Virus record (IMG/VR): IMGVR_UViG_3300016471_001002
Coordinates: 96,001 to 160,000 of that record
Length of the DNA stretch: 64,000 nt
Reading direction: 5' to 3' (one strand)
DNA from: a virus
Taxonomy: Duplodnaviria; Caudoviricetes
The translations under genes and the position numbers were made by a program. The notes beneath the pieces were generated by a model. It was not told where the DNA came from and ran no database searches. It saw only the letters and a program-made list of their open reading frames with translations. Of this stretch, positions 35,282 through 45,393 are shown piece by piece (the first letter of the stretch is position 1; each line of letters starts with the position of its first letter).

Positions 35282-36922
35282 ATGAAAACCAGCAAAATTT
35301 TTTTGATCATATGTACCCTGGTTTCAGGGGCATTCCTTTCTTACCCGAAGATCCTCCGGTGGCAGGTAGAGAAAAGGTTACCAGGAGTTGAATTCACGGA
35401 TGTAAATCTAGAGTTGTTACCTTTCGTGCTCACCCTATCAGGGGTTACCTTCAACCGTGGGTGGATCTCCGGTGATCTGGAAAGTATAACCTCTGATTTC
35501 CGCGGTGAACATGTTGTTCTGAGGGGTGGAAACCTGACCGTGAACCTGGATGATAAACCAGAAGGGGATGATAAACCGGATGGGTTTACCGTTCAAAAGA
35601 GGGATATTCAACTAAGAAACCTTGGTGTGAAGGTATCCCACACGGGGCACAACATCACCATGGAAGGTGTTCGAACCGATGGCCCCAAGGTGTGTTTCTC
35701 CTCGGCCAGGTTGGAGGTTCCAAACATCACCACCGGGAACGGTTGTTTCAACCGGGAAGATGATAGTTTCACCGTGGGCCGGGCAGAAATGAAGTTGATG
35801 AAGTTCAGAGGTGCTGAGGTAAAGAACCTCACCGCAGAGAACATCACCTTCAACACCAAAACCAAGGTGGCCCAGGTGGATAAGGTAGGGGTTCAGGTAA
35901 CCTTCGAAGGCCAAGAATTCCTCATCGATTCTCACGGTGTGATGGCATCCAGAAAACCCGATACCATCAAGGTTGAATCACTAAAGGTAAAACATCCATG
36001 GTTGGCCGGGGATTGGTTGGAACTAGGAAAGGTGAGTGTTGGCCACGGAGACAGGTGGAGCCTCACCGTTGGGGGTTCCCACATCGGGGTTGAACCAAAA
36101 TCACTTACGATTTCAGGGGAGGAGGAATGCGGAACCTGGATCGATTCACTTCCGCCCAACCTGAAGATCGGCCCACTTTCAGGGGTGAAGATGACAGGTA
36201 AATCCAGTTTTTCCATCGGGTTCCGTCCCAAACCTACCTTCAACCTCAGGTCCGATTGCAGGGCCCGGTGTGATTCACTTCCAAACCTACGGAAGCCATT
36301 CCGCTACACGGCCTATGATCCCAAAGGAAAACCATTCGAGAGGGAGACCGGCCGAGGTACCAGAAGCTGGGTTTCATTGTTGATGACCGGAGATATGCCC
36401 CTGGCCGTAACCACCATGGAGGATCCTGGTTTCGAACATCACCGTGGATTCATTGTTCAGGCCTTCAGCAACAGTTTCCTGGATAACCTAAAACAAGGCC
36501 GTTTTCTCCGAGGTGGAAGTACCATCACAATGCAGTTGGCCAAGAACCTCTGGTTGACCCGAGAAAAAACCTTGGGTAGAAAGGTTCAGGAATTCTTCTT
36601 ATCTCAGGCCCTGGAATCTTGTTATTCCAAGGATGAGATCATGGAGTTGTACCTAAACGTTGTTGAATTTGGCCCTAATCAGTATGGAGTTGGAAACGGT
36701 TCCATGTATTGGTTCCACAAGGGCCCTGGTGAATTGGTACCAACCGAGGCATTTTGGTTGGCCAGTATCCTACCTCGGCCTAGTAGAACACAACCTCCAA
36801 CCGATTCTAGTTTGAAACACGTGGAAGGTTTGATGAAACGTTTGGCCGAGGATGGCCGTATTCCTAATTTCACGGATGATATGGTGGAACCCGAGGAAGT
36901 GCAAAACCCCGAGGAGCCATGA
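35282..36922 (+). CDS. Peptidoglycan glycosyltransferase (GT51, no transpeptidase domain) with N-terminal anchor and beta-rich region
   Basis: All five GT51 motifs: EDPGFEHHRG, GGSTITMQLAKNL, RKVQE, KDEIMELYLN, LASILPRP. Confidence 0.9.
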   Translation: MKTSKIFLIICTLVSGAFLSYPKILRWQVEKRLPGVEFTDVNLELLPFVLTLSGVTFNRGWISGDLESITSDFRGEHVVLRGGNLTVNLDDKPEGDDKPDGFTVQKRDIQLRNLGVKVSHTGHNITMEGVRTDGPKVCFSSARLEVPNITTGNGCFNREDDSFTVGRAEMKLMKFRGAEVKNLTAENITFNTKTKVAQVDKVGVQVTFEGQEFLIDSHGVMASRKPDTIKVESLKVKHPWLAGDWLELGKVSVGHGDRWSLTVGGSHIGVEPKSLTISGEEECGTWIDSLPPNLKIGPLSGVKMTGKSSFSIGFRPKPTFNLRSDCRARCDSLPNLRKPFRYTAYDPKGKPFERETGRGTRSWVSLLMTGDMPLAVTTMEDPGFEHHRGFIVQAFSNSFLDNLKQGRFLRGGSTITMQLAKNLWLTREKTLGRKVQEFFLSQALESCYSKDEIMELYLNVVEFGPNQYGVGNGSMYWFHKGPGELVPTEAFWLASILPRPSRTQPPTDSSLKHVEGLMKRLAEDGRIPNFTDDMVEPEEVQNPEEP

Positions 36923-36934
36923 TAGGATGTGGTT
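36900..36934 (+). promoter_or_regulatory. Promoter TGCAAA-N17-TAGGAT-N6-ATG (within 3' end of the GT51 gene)
   Basis: Conserved geometry, extended -10. Confidence 0.7.
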
Positions 36935-37123
36935 ATGGATGTTGGTGATTTGTGTTTTACCAATTTCTTTGGTGAACCACACCGAGCGGGGATAATCCTG
37001 AGAGTTGGGTGGAATTCCTATGGGATTGTATCCTACCTAACCCTCCTCCCTGATGGGAAACAGGTTTATTTCCGCCCGGAACAAATCATCCTCCCCGAGG
37101 AGTTTCAAAAATATCATGAGTGA
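36935..37123 (+). CDS. Small SH3/KOW-like protein
   Basis: MDVGDLC, AGIILR. Confidence 0.58.
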   Translation: MDVGDLCFTNFFGEPHRAGIILRVGWNSYGIVSYLTLLPDGKQVYFRPEQIILPEEFQKYHE

Positions 37124-37442
37124 AATAAACACGGTATTCATCACCTCCCTCCTCACCCTCGATGGAAAACTACTCGATGAGGTTGATTGGAAAATTGGAG
37201 ATATGGTTCGTTTCCTTTACTCCAGTTCCACCGGAACCATTGTGAGAAAAACCTCCGATAATCAGGTGGAGGTTTTATGGGGTGATTTTTACAATCCCTT
37301 CCACGATACATTGGGGAGGCCCGGAGGTAGGATTAACTACGATCAGGTTGCAAGGAATTTATTCACCGTGGAACCTCTTCCTCAAGGTGCAATTCCTTTC
37401 TACCTGGATATGGTGGAAAAAAGAATGAAGGGTGATGAGTGA
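37116..37442 (+). CDS. Protein with internal SH3/KOW-like domain
   Basis: WKIGDMVR, TGTIVR, VEVLW. Confidence 0.55.
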   Translation: MSEINTVFITSLLTLDGKLLDEVDWKIGDMVRFLYSSSTGTIVRKTSDNQVEVLWGDFYNPFHDTLGRPGGRINYDQVARNLFTVEPLPQGAIPFYLDMVEKRMKGDE

Positions 37443-37485
37443 AATTCCTCCACCTCATGTGGTACCTTGATCAAGGAGAAGAAGG

Positions 37486-37758
37486 ATGAGCAAAGAAATC
37501 GATACCGAGAAGTGGTTGAGTTGTTTGTTTTCCGAGTTAATCAGGCGTGGGTTGGATAGTGATGAACACCTACATTTTAAAGATTCCCCTCTAGGTGGTT
37601 CTCCTGCCCCGAGCCGGGTAGAGTTGATGGTGGCCCACCTTGGTTACACGGGTGAGTTTCTAACGGAACTTCTCCAGGAACACCTCGAGAGGATCCTCCA
37701 TGATTACGGAAAGTTGGAGGCCGGGTTACATGCACCACCCCCAGGAGATTCGAAGTGA
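37486..37758 (+). CDS. Hypothetical protein
   Basis: SD AAGGAG; chain of overlapped genes. Confidence 0.55.
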   Translation: MSKEIDTEKWLSCLFSELIRRGLDSDEHLHFKDSPLGGSPAPSRVELMVAHLGYTGEFLTELLQEHLERILHDYGKLEAGLHAPPPGDSK

Positions 37759-38081
37759 ATAAATCCCGTTATGAAATTCATCTTGATCCACCACTCGCAC
37801 CGGAACAAGGAATCACCAAGGAAAACCACCAGTTATTGGAATTGTTCTTCCTCGCACCACCTCACATTGGGGAATGGTTTCTAAAACTACCTGATGTTCA
37901 GGATAGAATGGTGGTTAACTTCACCGATTCCAAGTACCACCCGGATTCCTACCGGGAAATGATTGTGGAGCTCCTGGAGGAAATGAACCGAAACCGGTGC
38001 GGTGAGTTTCCAGAGGATCTAAAGGAAGTCATGAAGATCCTAAAGGTTGGTGAGGATGTGCAAAGTTCCGCGGGAGGATGA
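37755..38081 (+). CDS. Hypothetical protein
   Basis: GTGA overlap. Confidence 0.55.
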   Translation: MNKSRYEIHLDPPLAPEQGITKENHQLLELFFLAPPHIGEWFLKLPDVQDRMVVNFTDSKYHPDSYREMIVELLEEMNRNRCGEFPEDLKEVMKILKVGEDVQSSAGG

Positions 38082-38093
38082 TAAGGTGGAACC
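38059..38093 (+). promoter_or_regulatory. Promoter TGCAAA-N17-TAAGGT-N6-ATG
   Basis: Conserved geometry; spacer TTCCGCGGG shared with 42218 and 44430. Confidence 0.75.
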
Positions 38094-38315
38094 ATGAGCA
38101 ACCCCAAGAACATCAATGATGTGATTCATGATCTCGATGTGTTGATCATGGATCTTCAAAAAATTCATGATGAACACTGGATCAAGAGCACCGCAAAGGG
38201 AACCACATCCAAGAGGATCTTAAGGGTTCTTTCTATCCTCAACACCCAGTTCCAGGAACTTGATGATCTTGAAATTCTGGTGAATGATGAGATGAAGGTG
38301 GAGGAGAGCAAGTGA
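38094..38315 (+). CDS. Hypothetical protein
   Basis: First gene of a cassette. Confidence 0.55.
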   Translation: MSNPKNINDVIHDLDVLIMDLQKIHDEHWIKSTAKGTTSKRILRVLSILNTQFQELDDLEILVNDEMKVEESK

Positions 38316-38587
38316 GCAATTCCGATAAAAATCCGTGCAAGGAAATCGATCTTGGGGTTCACGATGAAATCGATTACATCTCCAGGAAGATCAGAGAAGC
38401 CCTAGGAACCCAACACATCGGTGAGAATCAATCCCGTGAGATCCTTGAGAAACAGTTTAATAGTGATCGGGAATACATAAGGAACCTGTACGAGAACATC
38501 CTCAAGGAGAAGTGCGTAGAGTTGGGAATCGATCCTGAATCACTTCGTGTGGATTGGGGATCAATGAAGGTGGAGGAGAAACAATGA
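38312..38587 (+). CDS. Hypothetical protein
   Basis: Overlap chain; ends ATGAAGGTGGAGGAG like the upstream gene. Confidence 0.55.
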   Translation: MSNSDKNPCKEIDLGVHDEIDYISRKIREALGTQHIGENQSREILEKQFNSDREYIRNLYENILKEKCVELGIDPESLRVDWGSMKVEEKQ

Positions 38588-38775
38588 AGAAGATTTGGAT
38601 CGTAGTTCAATCAACTCCGGATCCTGATTATGAGTGTGGTAGGATTAAGTGCCTTAGTGCTCATAGTTCAAAGAAGAAGGCAGAGGTTTGGTTGAACGAT
38701 AACGAAAAGATGTACAAGGAAGATTTTAGTTCATTTCAGATCCAATCGGTTCCTTGGGAGGAGGATAAACCGTGA
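38584..38775 (+). CDS. Hypothetical protein
   Basis: Start at MKKIWIV, ATGA overlap. Confidence 0.55.
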   Translation: MKKIWIVVQSTPDPDYECGRIKCLSAHSSKKKAEVWLNDNEKMYKEDFSSFQIQSVPWEEDKP

Positions 38776-38963
38776 AGAAATCAAAATCAAAGTTTTGTTC
38801 CAATTGCGGTGATCTGATTCCTGAAGGAAAGGAATTCATCGAGTTCAAAGGTTCATACTTTCACGATGATAAGGTAACCTGCATCGGAAACCTAAAGGTT
38901 ACGGTTGAAACCCTCAGGAGAAAGTTGATCGAGATCAATTCGATCACCAACGATATCCCATGA
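38772..38963 (+). CDS. Small CxxC zinc-ribbon protein
   Basis: FCSNCGD..., H...C. Confidence 0.55.
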   Translation: MKKSKSKFCSNCGDLIPEGKEFIEFKGSYFHDDKVTCIGNLKVTVETLRRKLIEINSITNDIP

Positions 38964-39463
38964 AAATCAATCAAGATCTTGTAACCAAAACCTTCCAGTG
39001 TAGGAATGGAACCTCTGGGTTGTACCATGATCCAGGTGATGTGAAGTTTATCCAAGAGGTTCTACAGAGAAACCTTGGTGTTTTTGTTAGTGAATCCGAG
39101 GTGATCGATTTTTGGCACTGGAGATCCAACGAATGGGATTCTTCTTTTCTCTCAATCAATTACCATGATGATGTTGAAATCCTGGAATGGTTCCAAAAAT
39201 TCATTGAATTTGTTGGGGTTGAACCTGATGAGGATGAAGAAAATATTCCTCAACCATCTCCAAGGGTTGGTGTGAAGGTTGTGGTGAAGGATGAGGAAGG
39301 AATCCCATGGGAGATCGAATTGGATCCTGATTATCACTCACAACTTATCCAGGATATTGAATCCCAGATTCCAGAAAATAGTGAAGGTGGATCCGTTCGA
39401 TATTCCTTGGAATATGATCCCAAAAAGATTTGGAACATGAGAAAGTTGGATGAGAAGAAATAA
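38960..39463 (+). CDS. Hypothetical acidic protein with no alanine
   Basis: 167 aa, ATGA overlap, zero Ala. Confidence 0.6.
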   Translation: MKINQDLVTKTFQCRNGTSGLYHDPGDVKFIQEVLQRNLGVFVSESEVIDFWHWRSNEWDSSFLSINYHDDVEILEWFQKFIEFVGVEPDEDEENIPQPSPRVGVKVVVKDEEGIPWEIELDPDYHSQLIQDIESQIPENSEGGSVRYSLEYDPKKIWNMRKLDEKK

Positions 39464-39483
39464 AAGAACAGAGATCTAAAAGA

Positions 39484-40449
39484 TCAATTAGAATCTTTTC
39501 CCTCAGCTTCTTTTTTAAGCTTGTTTAATCTTCTTGTTTCCCAACACTTTTTAAGGTGTTCTTTCTTTTGTTCAGGGGTTCTTTTGCTATGAGCTTCTTT
39601 CATTTTTTTGATTCTTAAATCTCTTATATCAGGATCTTCCCACTGTTTTTTTGCGATCTGTTTGGATCTTTTTTTATATTCAGGTTTGTTTACTGCTTTC
39701 TTTATTGATTCTCTAGTTTTTTCTTTGTAATCAGGATCTTCCCATCTTTTCTTATTTAACTCACTCATCTTTTCTCTGAGCTCAGGATTTTCCCAGGTTT
39801 TCTTCAAAGAATCACTCAACGTTTTTCTAAGCTCAGGATCTTCCCACGCCTTTTTCATAGAAGCTTTTCGAGATGATTTATGCTCAGGATCTTCCCAAAT
39901 CTCTTTTGTTTTTTCACTTATGTTTTTTCTGTACTCTTCATCTTTTCTTGCTTCTATTTGTTTCTCTCTAAATTCATAATTTTCCCATGCTTTTTTTGTT
40001 AAATCAGAAAACTTCGTTCCAAGTTTTTCTCTCGAATCAGAATCATTCCAAATCTCTTGCATTGATTTTTTAATTGATTCACTAGTTTTTCTCTTGTATT
40101 CTTCATCTTCCCATATTGATTTTACGGAGTTTCTTATTTTTTCTTTGCTTTCTTCACTTATCCCAACACAACCTTCTCCACCAAAGGTAAAATTTGATCC
40201 ACCTTTTCCAAAATCAACATGTGTTTCAAGCTCTTGGATAAGCTCAATTTCTCTTTTAAAAGCTTCATTTTCATCAACATGTTCAGAATCAATTTTTCTG
40301 ATTATCCCATGCTTGTTTTTTATTCTTTCATGAAGTTGATTTCGATTTAGATCTTTAATTCTCGATTTAGTTCCTTTTCCTACATAAAAAGGTTTTCCAT
40401 CATCTTCACGATAATCCACATAAACGTAAAACATTCCTCTTATCTCCAT
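39484..40449 (-). mobile_element. GIY-YIG-family homing endonuclease with WEDPE repeats
   Basis: FYVYVD..FYVGKG..R..E..NFTFGG; about nine imperfect 17-aa repeats; start placed at MEIRG. Confidence 0.75.
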
Positions 40450-40489
40450 TACCATAAATATAAGTAAAGATAAGAAAAAAGATTCTTTT

Positions 40490-40518
40490 TGTAAATTTAA
40501 TAGAACCTTTGATATGGT
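40490..40518 (+). promoter_or_regulatory. Promoter TGTAAA-N17-TATGGT
   Basis: Motif variant; ATG of a 24-aa ORF 7 nt downstream. Confidence 0.55.
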
Positions 40519-40596
40519 TAGAAATATGAAACATTTAGAATTCTTCTCCGAGTTTCTACAACATGTTGGGGTGGAAATTGATGAGGAGGATGAACC

Positions 40597-42216
40597 ATGA
40601 AGAAAGTAACAAAGATCAAAAGATCACCTAGAATTGTTCAAAAGGTTGAGAATGAAGGGTGTGAAACCATCTATTGGATCGGTAATTCCGCATTCATTCA
40701 TTATGAGGATGAGGAAGGTAGTTCAGATAAGAAACATACCATTAGTACCGATGGTAGGTTTTATAGGGAAGTAGGAAGTTCCAGTTCACCAGATTCGGTG
40801 AGCATCACAGTTGTTTCACCAGATTTCACGATTATTAATTACTGCTACGAACCAATCCCTGAGGAACCATGAAGAAACTTAAGGTTGAGAGCATCCAAAC
40901 TGATCACAGGATTGAAAATGAATCTGATCTTGGTATTGCATTGAAACACCATAATCAGATGGCAAGATTGGGAGGATTGGTTCCTGATGCAATTGAACCA
41001 ATTGAGATCAACCTGAAGAATATCAAACTGGATTCTAATGGAAAACCTATTCTAACCATTGAAACGAAGGTGGGAGAAACTAATGAATAACATTGATCTA
41101 AGCGGTGTGTTTGATGGTGTAAAACCACAGGAGGATAACGTTCTTCCTCGTTTGGTTACCATGATCCAGGTTACGGAACCGATCCAGGAGAAGGATGTTC
41201 CAAAGAGATTGTTGGTAACCGTTAACGGTGGTGAGGTGATCAGGTACCAGAGCCTTTCCCACCTTCCGGTGGAGGTTGTGAGGGTGATCGATACACTTCC
41301 AGGTTTCGTGGGTTTCAATAAGGATATCCTCCTGGAAAAGATCGATAATCTCCGGAACGCGGTGGAGAATCTAAAAGTGGAGGAGGAACCATGAAGAAGA
41401 TCTTGGTGAATGATGGATTGAGGGAATTTCTTGATCCAAAGGAATTTTTTGTAAAGAGATATGATGAGAACATGAAGGAAGGAAACACCGAGTGTTTTGG
41501 GCTCCGCCAAACCGGGAGAACAACTCGGATGATTATTGAAACAATCCAGAAGGTTGTGGAGAATCCTGAATTAAAGTTCACCATTCTTACCCACAATTGG
41601 GATATGGTTCCTCGGATCATCCATGTGATGAACCACTATGCACACCAAATGGATGTTAAAATCCCAAATGATTCCATTAGTGTTGTTCCTGATGTGGAAC
41701 TTGGTTTCACCGGAGCAACAGTGTTGAGGGATAATGGAATCACCGATGTGAGAATCACCAAGGAATTGAGGGAGAAACCATGAGCGGAGATAATCAACCA
41801 GAAACAGTTTCGGTTCCTGTAACCCAACAGGATTTCATGGTGATCCGGGCATCACTTCACCACTCGATCTCATTCTGGGGCCATGCCCTGGAAACTGGGG
41901 AATATCCAGAAAACTTTGATGAAGGAAAAGCAAAGGAGATCCTCCAGATGAGCAGGGATGTTATCGAGAAAGTGAACATGATCTTAACCATGAAACCGAT
42001 TTCTTCCCAGAATGTTGGAGTTACACATTGAACCCAATCCCTCTATATTCTCCACCCCGATTCCCCAGGTTCTTCCGTTCAAAACCCGGTGAAATTAGTG
42101 AAGGTAGGTGTTGGTGTTGTTCCCACGGTGCTTATCTGTACATCGGAACTTCACTGTGGAACCTCATCTGGATCTTCATCAAAGAGTTTAAATCGGATCG
42201 GCATCTCGTGGGTTAA
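40597..42216 (+). other. Chain of six small hypothetical genes (40597..40872, 40869..41090, 41083..41394, 41391..41783, 41780..42031, 42028..42216)
   Basis: Consecutive stop/start overlaps, several ending EEP with GAGGAACCATGA junctions; 41391..41783 has a P-loop-like RQTGRTT. Confidence 0.6.
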
Positions 42217-42217
42217 G

Positions 42218-42252
42218 TGTAAAGTTCCGCGGGGTGATGATATACTAGAACC
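42218..42252 (+). promoter_or_regulatory. Promoter TGTAAA-N17-TATACT-N6-ATG
   Basis: Conserved geometry, extended -10. Confidence 0.8.
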
Positions 42253-42618
42253 ATGGAAACCAAGAAAACCCCTAAGAAACCAAAACACAAACACTTCTGG
42301 GAGTTTCATTCCTGGGTAAAAGGCCCAAAGAGCCCAAAGGATAACTACCAAACCTGGGATTTCGAGGTTGAATACAGGTGTTCCTGTGGGAAGAACCAAA
42401 AGGTTGAACCCAGTGAGGAAGAACTGAAACAATACATCAAGGATTCCATGTGTGATTACTGCGGTGAACTTCATGAACAACATGAGGATCCTCGTGAATG
42501 TATCACGGTTCTTCGAACCAAGGTGGTTGGGCTAGAGGATCGCCTGGAAAAACTAGAGGATCAAATGGATTCCATCCGAAGGGTGTTCAGGGATTCCGTT
42601 GATCGAGATCGATGGTGA
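42253..42618 (+). CDS. Hypothetical protein with CxC/CxxC motifs and coiled coil; no alanine
   Basis: RCSCG, MCDYCG. Confidence 0.6.
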   Translation: METKKTPKKPKHKHFWEFHSWVKGPKSPKDNYQTWDFEVEYRCSCGKNQKVEPSEEELKQYIKDSMCDYCGELHEQHEDPRECITVLRTKVVGLEDRLEKLEDQMDSIRRVFRDSVDRDRW

Positions 42619-42621
42619 ACC

Positions 42622-43071
42622 ATGAGGAAGAAGAAGATGGGATTTTACTCAACCAACTTTCAAGATTCGGAAGAGAACAACATCTCGATCCACTACTCAC
42701 CTGAATACAAGCAATTTTCGGTATCCATCACCGATGGGCACGGAGAAAGAACTAATTCAATTGAGATGGGTTATGAGGATCTCCGTTCTCTATTCAAAGA
42801 AGCCGAGAACATCTTCTTTCAACATGAAGGGTTGATTGATGATGAACGGAGTTTCCCAAAACCAAACACAGAGGATTGAATCATGAAAGCCAAAGTTACT
42901 GCTCGATACTGGGATTCTGAACTCCAATCCAGGTTTGGTTCATTTGATTCAATCCATAATTTTCCAAATGATACCGAAACATTCCTGAAGGAAGTTATGA
43001 AGTTCGGTAGGTTTGAAACGAAGTTGGAAGGTGATCTACTCACCCTTGAGTTCCAAAACGATTACGATTGA
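42622..43071 (+). other. Two small hypothetical genes (42622..42879, 42883..43071)
   Basis: Colinear ORFs with 3-nt gaps. Confidence 0.55.
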
Positions 43072-43074
43072 ATC

Positions 43075-43247
43075 ATGAAACCCGAGAAAAACTTCTTCTT
43101 CTCTGCCAAAAATTCATACGAGATAATGAGATAGGTTGTTCCGAATCCATCTACCAATCGGATAGGATCATCCTAAATTCACCGGATTTCATTCGTGAAA
43201 TTTGTGATCTGGTTGGTTACCATCAATTCGAGGAGGATGAAAAGTGA
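43075..43247 (+). pseudogene. Frameshifted small gene (one base missing in an A5 run near 43086)
   Basis: Adding one A gives MKPEKKLLLLCQKFIRDNEIGCSESIYQSDRIILNSPDFIREICDLVGYHQFEEDEK, whose stop overlaps the GTG of the next gene. Confidence 0.55.
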
Positions 43248-44452
43248 TTCTATATAATGATTACGAACAAGTTGAAACCTGGGAAGATCTTGATGATCTT
43301 GTGAAAAGGATGTATGGCCCCGTTCCAATCACCAACCGGATGGTAACACCTCATCTCCCCAAGGAATGGGATGAGAAGAACCAGTACCCCTGGAAGAACG
43401 GTGAACCAGTTCTATTCCTCGGTGAAGTGATTGGTATGCCAGGCCACGGTGTTTTTGTGGGTAAGGATGGCCTAGTGAAGTTTGGGTACCACACAGATTC
43501 CTTCAAGGTTATTCCAAAGGATGAACTATGAATCCCGATCAAAAATACCTGATCAAATACAAAGATCCCTTTGATTCCAACACCAAAAACCGATATTGGT
43601 TCAAGGATCATGAGGAATGGATTCCAGATCCAAGTGGAGCAACACTTTTTACTCAGGAAGGTGGTGTAAGAGAGGTTGGTAGGTTACTGGTGGATTATGA
43701 GTGGATCACAAAATTGATTCCCTCGGAGGAAATTCCAAAGGTAAAACCTGTTTCACCTCCAAGCGGGGATTTCATTCTCATTGTTGATTGTGATGGAGAT
43801 CCTCAGGAAGTTTTTGGGGGAAATGTAAACCTTGATCAGGTATTCCAGTTGATCGATAAACTGGATCGTGAATCAGGTTATCATCCACATTCCGCCTGGA
43901 GGAGGTGCGCAGGTGGATTTACTCGGGTGTTTGAAAGAATTGGAAAGGATCCAAAGTGAAAAACGAATCACTTGATTTTTTGGTGGAGAAGGGAGATATT
44001 GTTTTTTACACCTATGAAAATCTGGATGAGGAAGGTAATCCAGGTGAAGGTGAGTTTAGAAACACCGAGAGGTTAACCCTTCTATTTCCAAGTGGAAATA
44101 ATTTGATCCTGGATACGTGTTGTTCCGGTATGAATCAAAACACTGTTTTGATGATGGAATTATTGAAAGTAGATCCAAAGTGAAACTCGAGCAACTTGGG
44201 AGGGATACCAACGGAGGTATTTCCTCCCTTCCACAAATTAAATCAGGTAAGAACCGTGGTTTTAGAAAACCTGAGGTTGGTGGTAATTGGTTGTGTACCG
44301 GTGGTTATACCCACGATTCTCGGTGGGATGAGAAGAATGCCCACGGCTCATGGCTCACTTCCATGGAGAAAATCGGGTTCCGCACCGGAAAATATGAACT
44401 GGATGGGGTGGTTAACCTATATGTTTGGGTGCAAAATTCCGCGGGGGGATGA
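43244..44452 (+). other. Chain of four small hypothetical genes (43244..43531, 43528..43959, 43956..44183, 44180..44452)
   Basis: Overlapping starts/stops; two contain no alanine; two end KDPK/VDPK with the same GATCCAAAGTGAAA junction. Confidence 0.6.
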
Positions 44453-44464
44453 TAGAATAAAAAT
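44430..44464 (+). promoter_or_regulatory. Promoter TGCAAA-N17-TAGAAT-N6-ATG
   Basis: Conserved geometry, extended -10. Confidence 0.78.
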
Positions 44465-44752
44465 ATGAACACCACACCAACCCGAATCGATCTGGTTCAA
44501 CTCTGGATGGAAACCCACTTCAAGGGGATTCCCTGTGCTGTTTTCTTCGATCCTCTAGGGGATGGTGATAGAATCTCACTGTTCATCGATAAACTCGGAA
44601 TCTCCTGCGGAACAGGTATGGGGCAAATCATCAACTCCAACTTTCTCATCCTACCATCACCCAACCCAGATTCACTAGTGAACAACCTCAAACAAGACAC
44701 CTGGGGCTTCGCAATGAGCTGGAATGGAAACAATTTCACGAGTGAGAATTAA
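44465..44752 (+). CDS. Hypothetical protein
   Basis: First gene behind promoter. Confidence 0.55.
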   Translation: MNTTPTRIDLVQLWMETHFKGIPCAVFFDPLGDGDRISLFIDKLGISCGTGMGQIINSNFLILPSPNPDSLVNNLKQDTWGFAMSWNGNNFTSEN

Positions 44753-44768
44753 TAGATATTTAACCTCC

Positions 44769-45068
44769 ATGAAGATATCAATCAATCAACTCCGCAGGAT
44801 TATCAAGGAAGAAGTTCAAACACTCACCGAGGCAGGAGATCCAAACAAAATCAAGTTTGAAGAAATCAAACAATCACTGGTTGATTTCCTCCAATCCAAC
44901 GGTGAACTGGTTTCAGGTGATGTTGTTCTACAAGGAAATACCATCAAGTTCCACATCTATGATCAAGATGCCCCAGATCTTCAATCACAACCCAGAGTTA
45001 AGATAACCCTGGAACTAGAACCCAGCATGGCACAACTTCGAGATGAAAATCCAGAGGTTTTCCTGTGA
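44769..45068 (+). CDS. Protein with MKISINQLRRIIKEE leader
   Basis: Leader shared with 46918 and 47361; ATATTTA 6 nt upstream. Confidence 0.65.
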   Translation: MKISINQLRRIIKEEVQTLTEAGDPNKIKFEEIKQSLVDFLQSNGELVSGDVVLQGNTIKFHIYDQDAPDLQSQPRVKITLELEPSMAQLRDENPEVFL

Positions 45069-45084
45069 GAATTAAAGGATAAAA

Positions 45085-45393
45085 ATGTCGGGAGGAGCCA
45101 TTCACCCACAATACCTGTACTACCAGGTGAACCAATTCGCGGATGAACTTGAGAACCGAATCGAAAACAACAATGTTCCGGATGAATACGGTTATGCCCC
45201 AAACCTCCCGGATGATATCCTCGATTACCTAAAACTCCAGGTTTCCAACCTAAGGAAAATCTCCGAGGTGATGAGAGCAACGGACTATTTATTTGCTGGT
45301 GACCATGGACCCGAAAATTTTCTAAAGATCATTGAGAAAATTGAAAAAAGTATTCAGGCTCTACATCAGGTATTTGACTCAATTTCCTGTTGA
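45085..45393 (+). CDS. Conserved phage hypothetical protein
   Basis: MSGG...YLYYQVNQFADEL pattern; 3' end overlaps the antisense endonuclease. Confidence 0.6.
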   Translation: MSGGAIHPQYLYYQVNQFADELENRIENNNVPDEYGYAPNLPDDILDYLKLQVSNLRKISEVMRATDYLFAGDHGPENFLKIIEKIEKSIQALHQVFDSISC

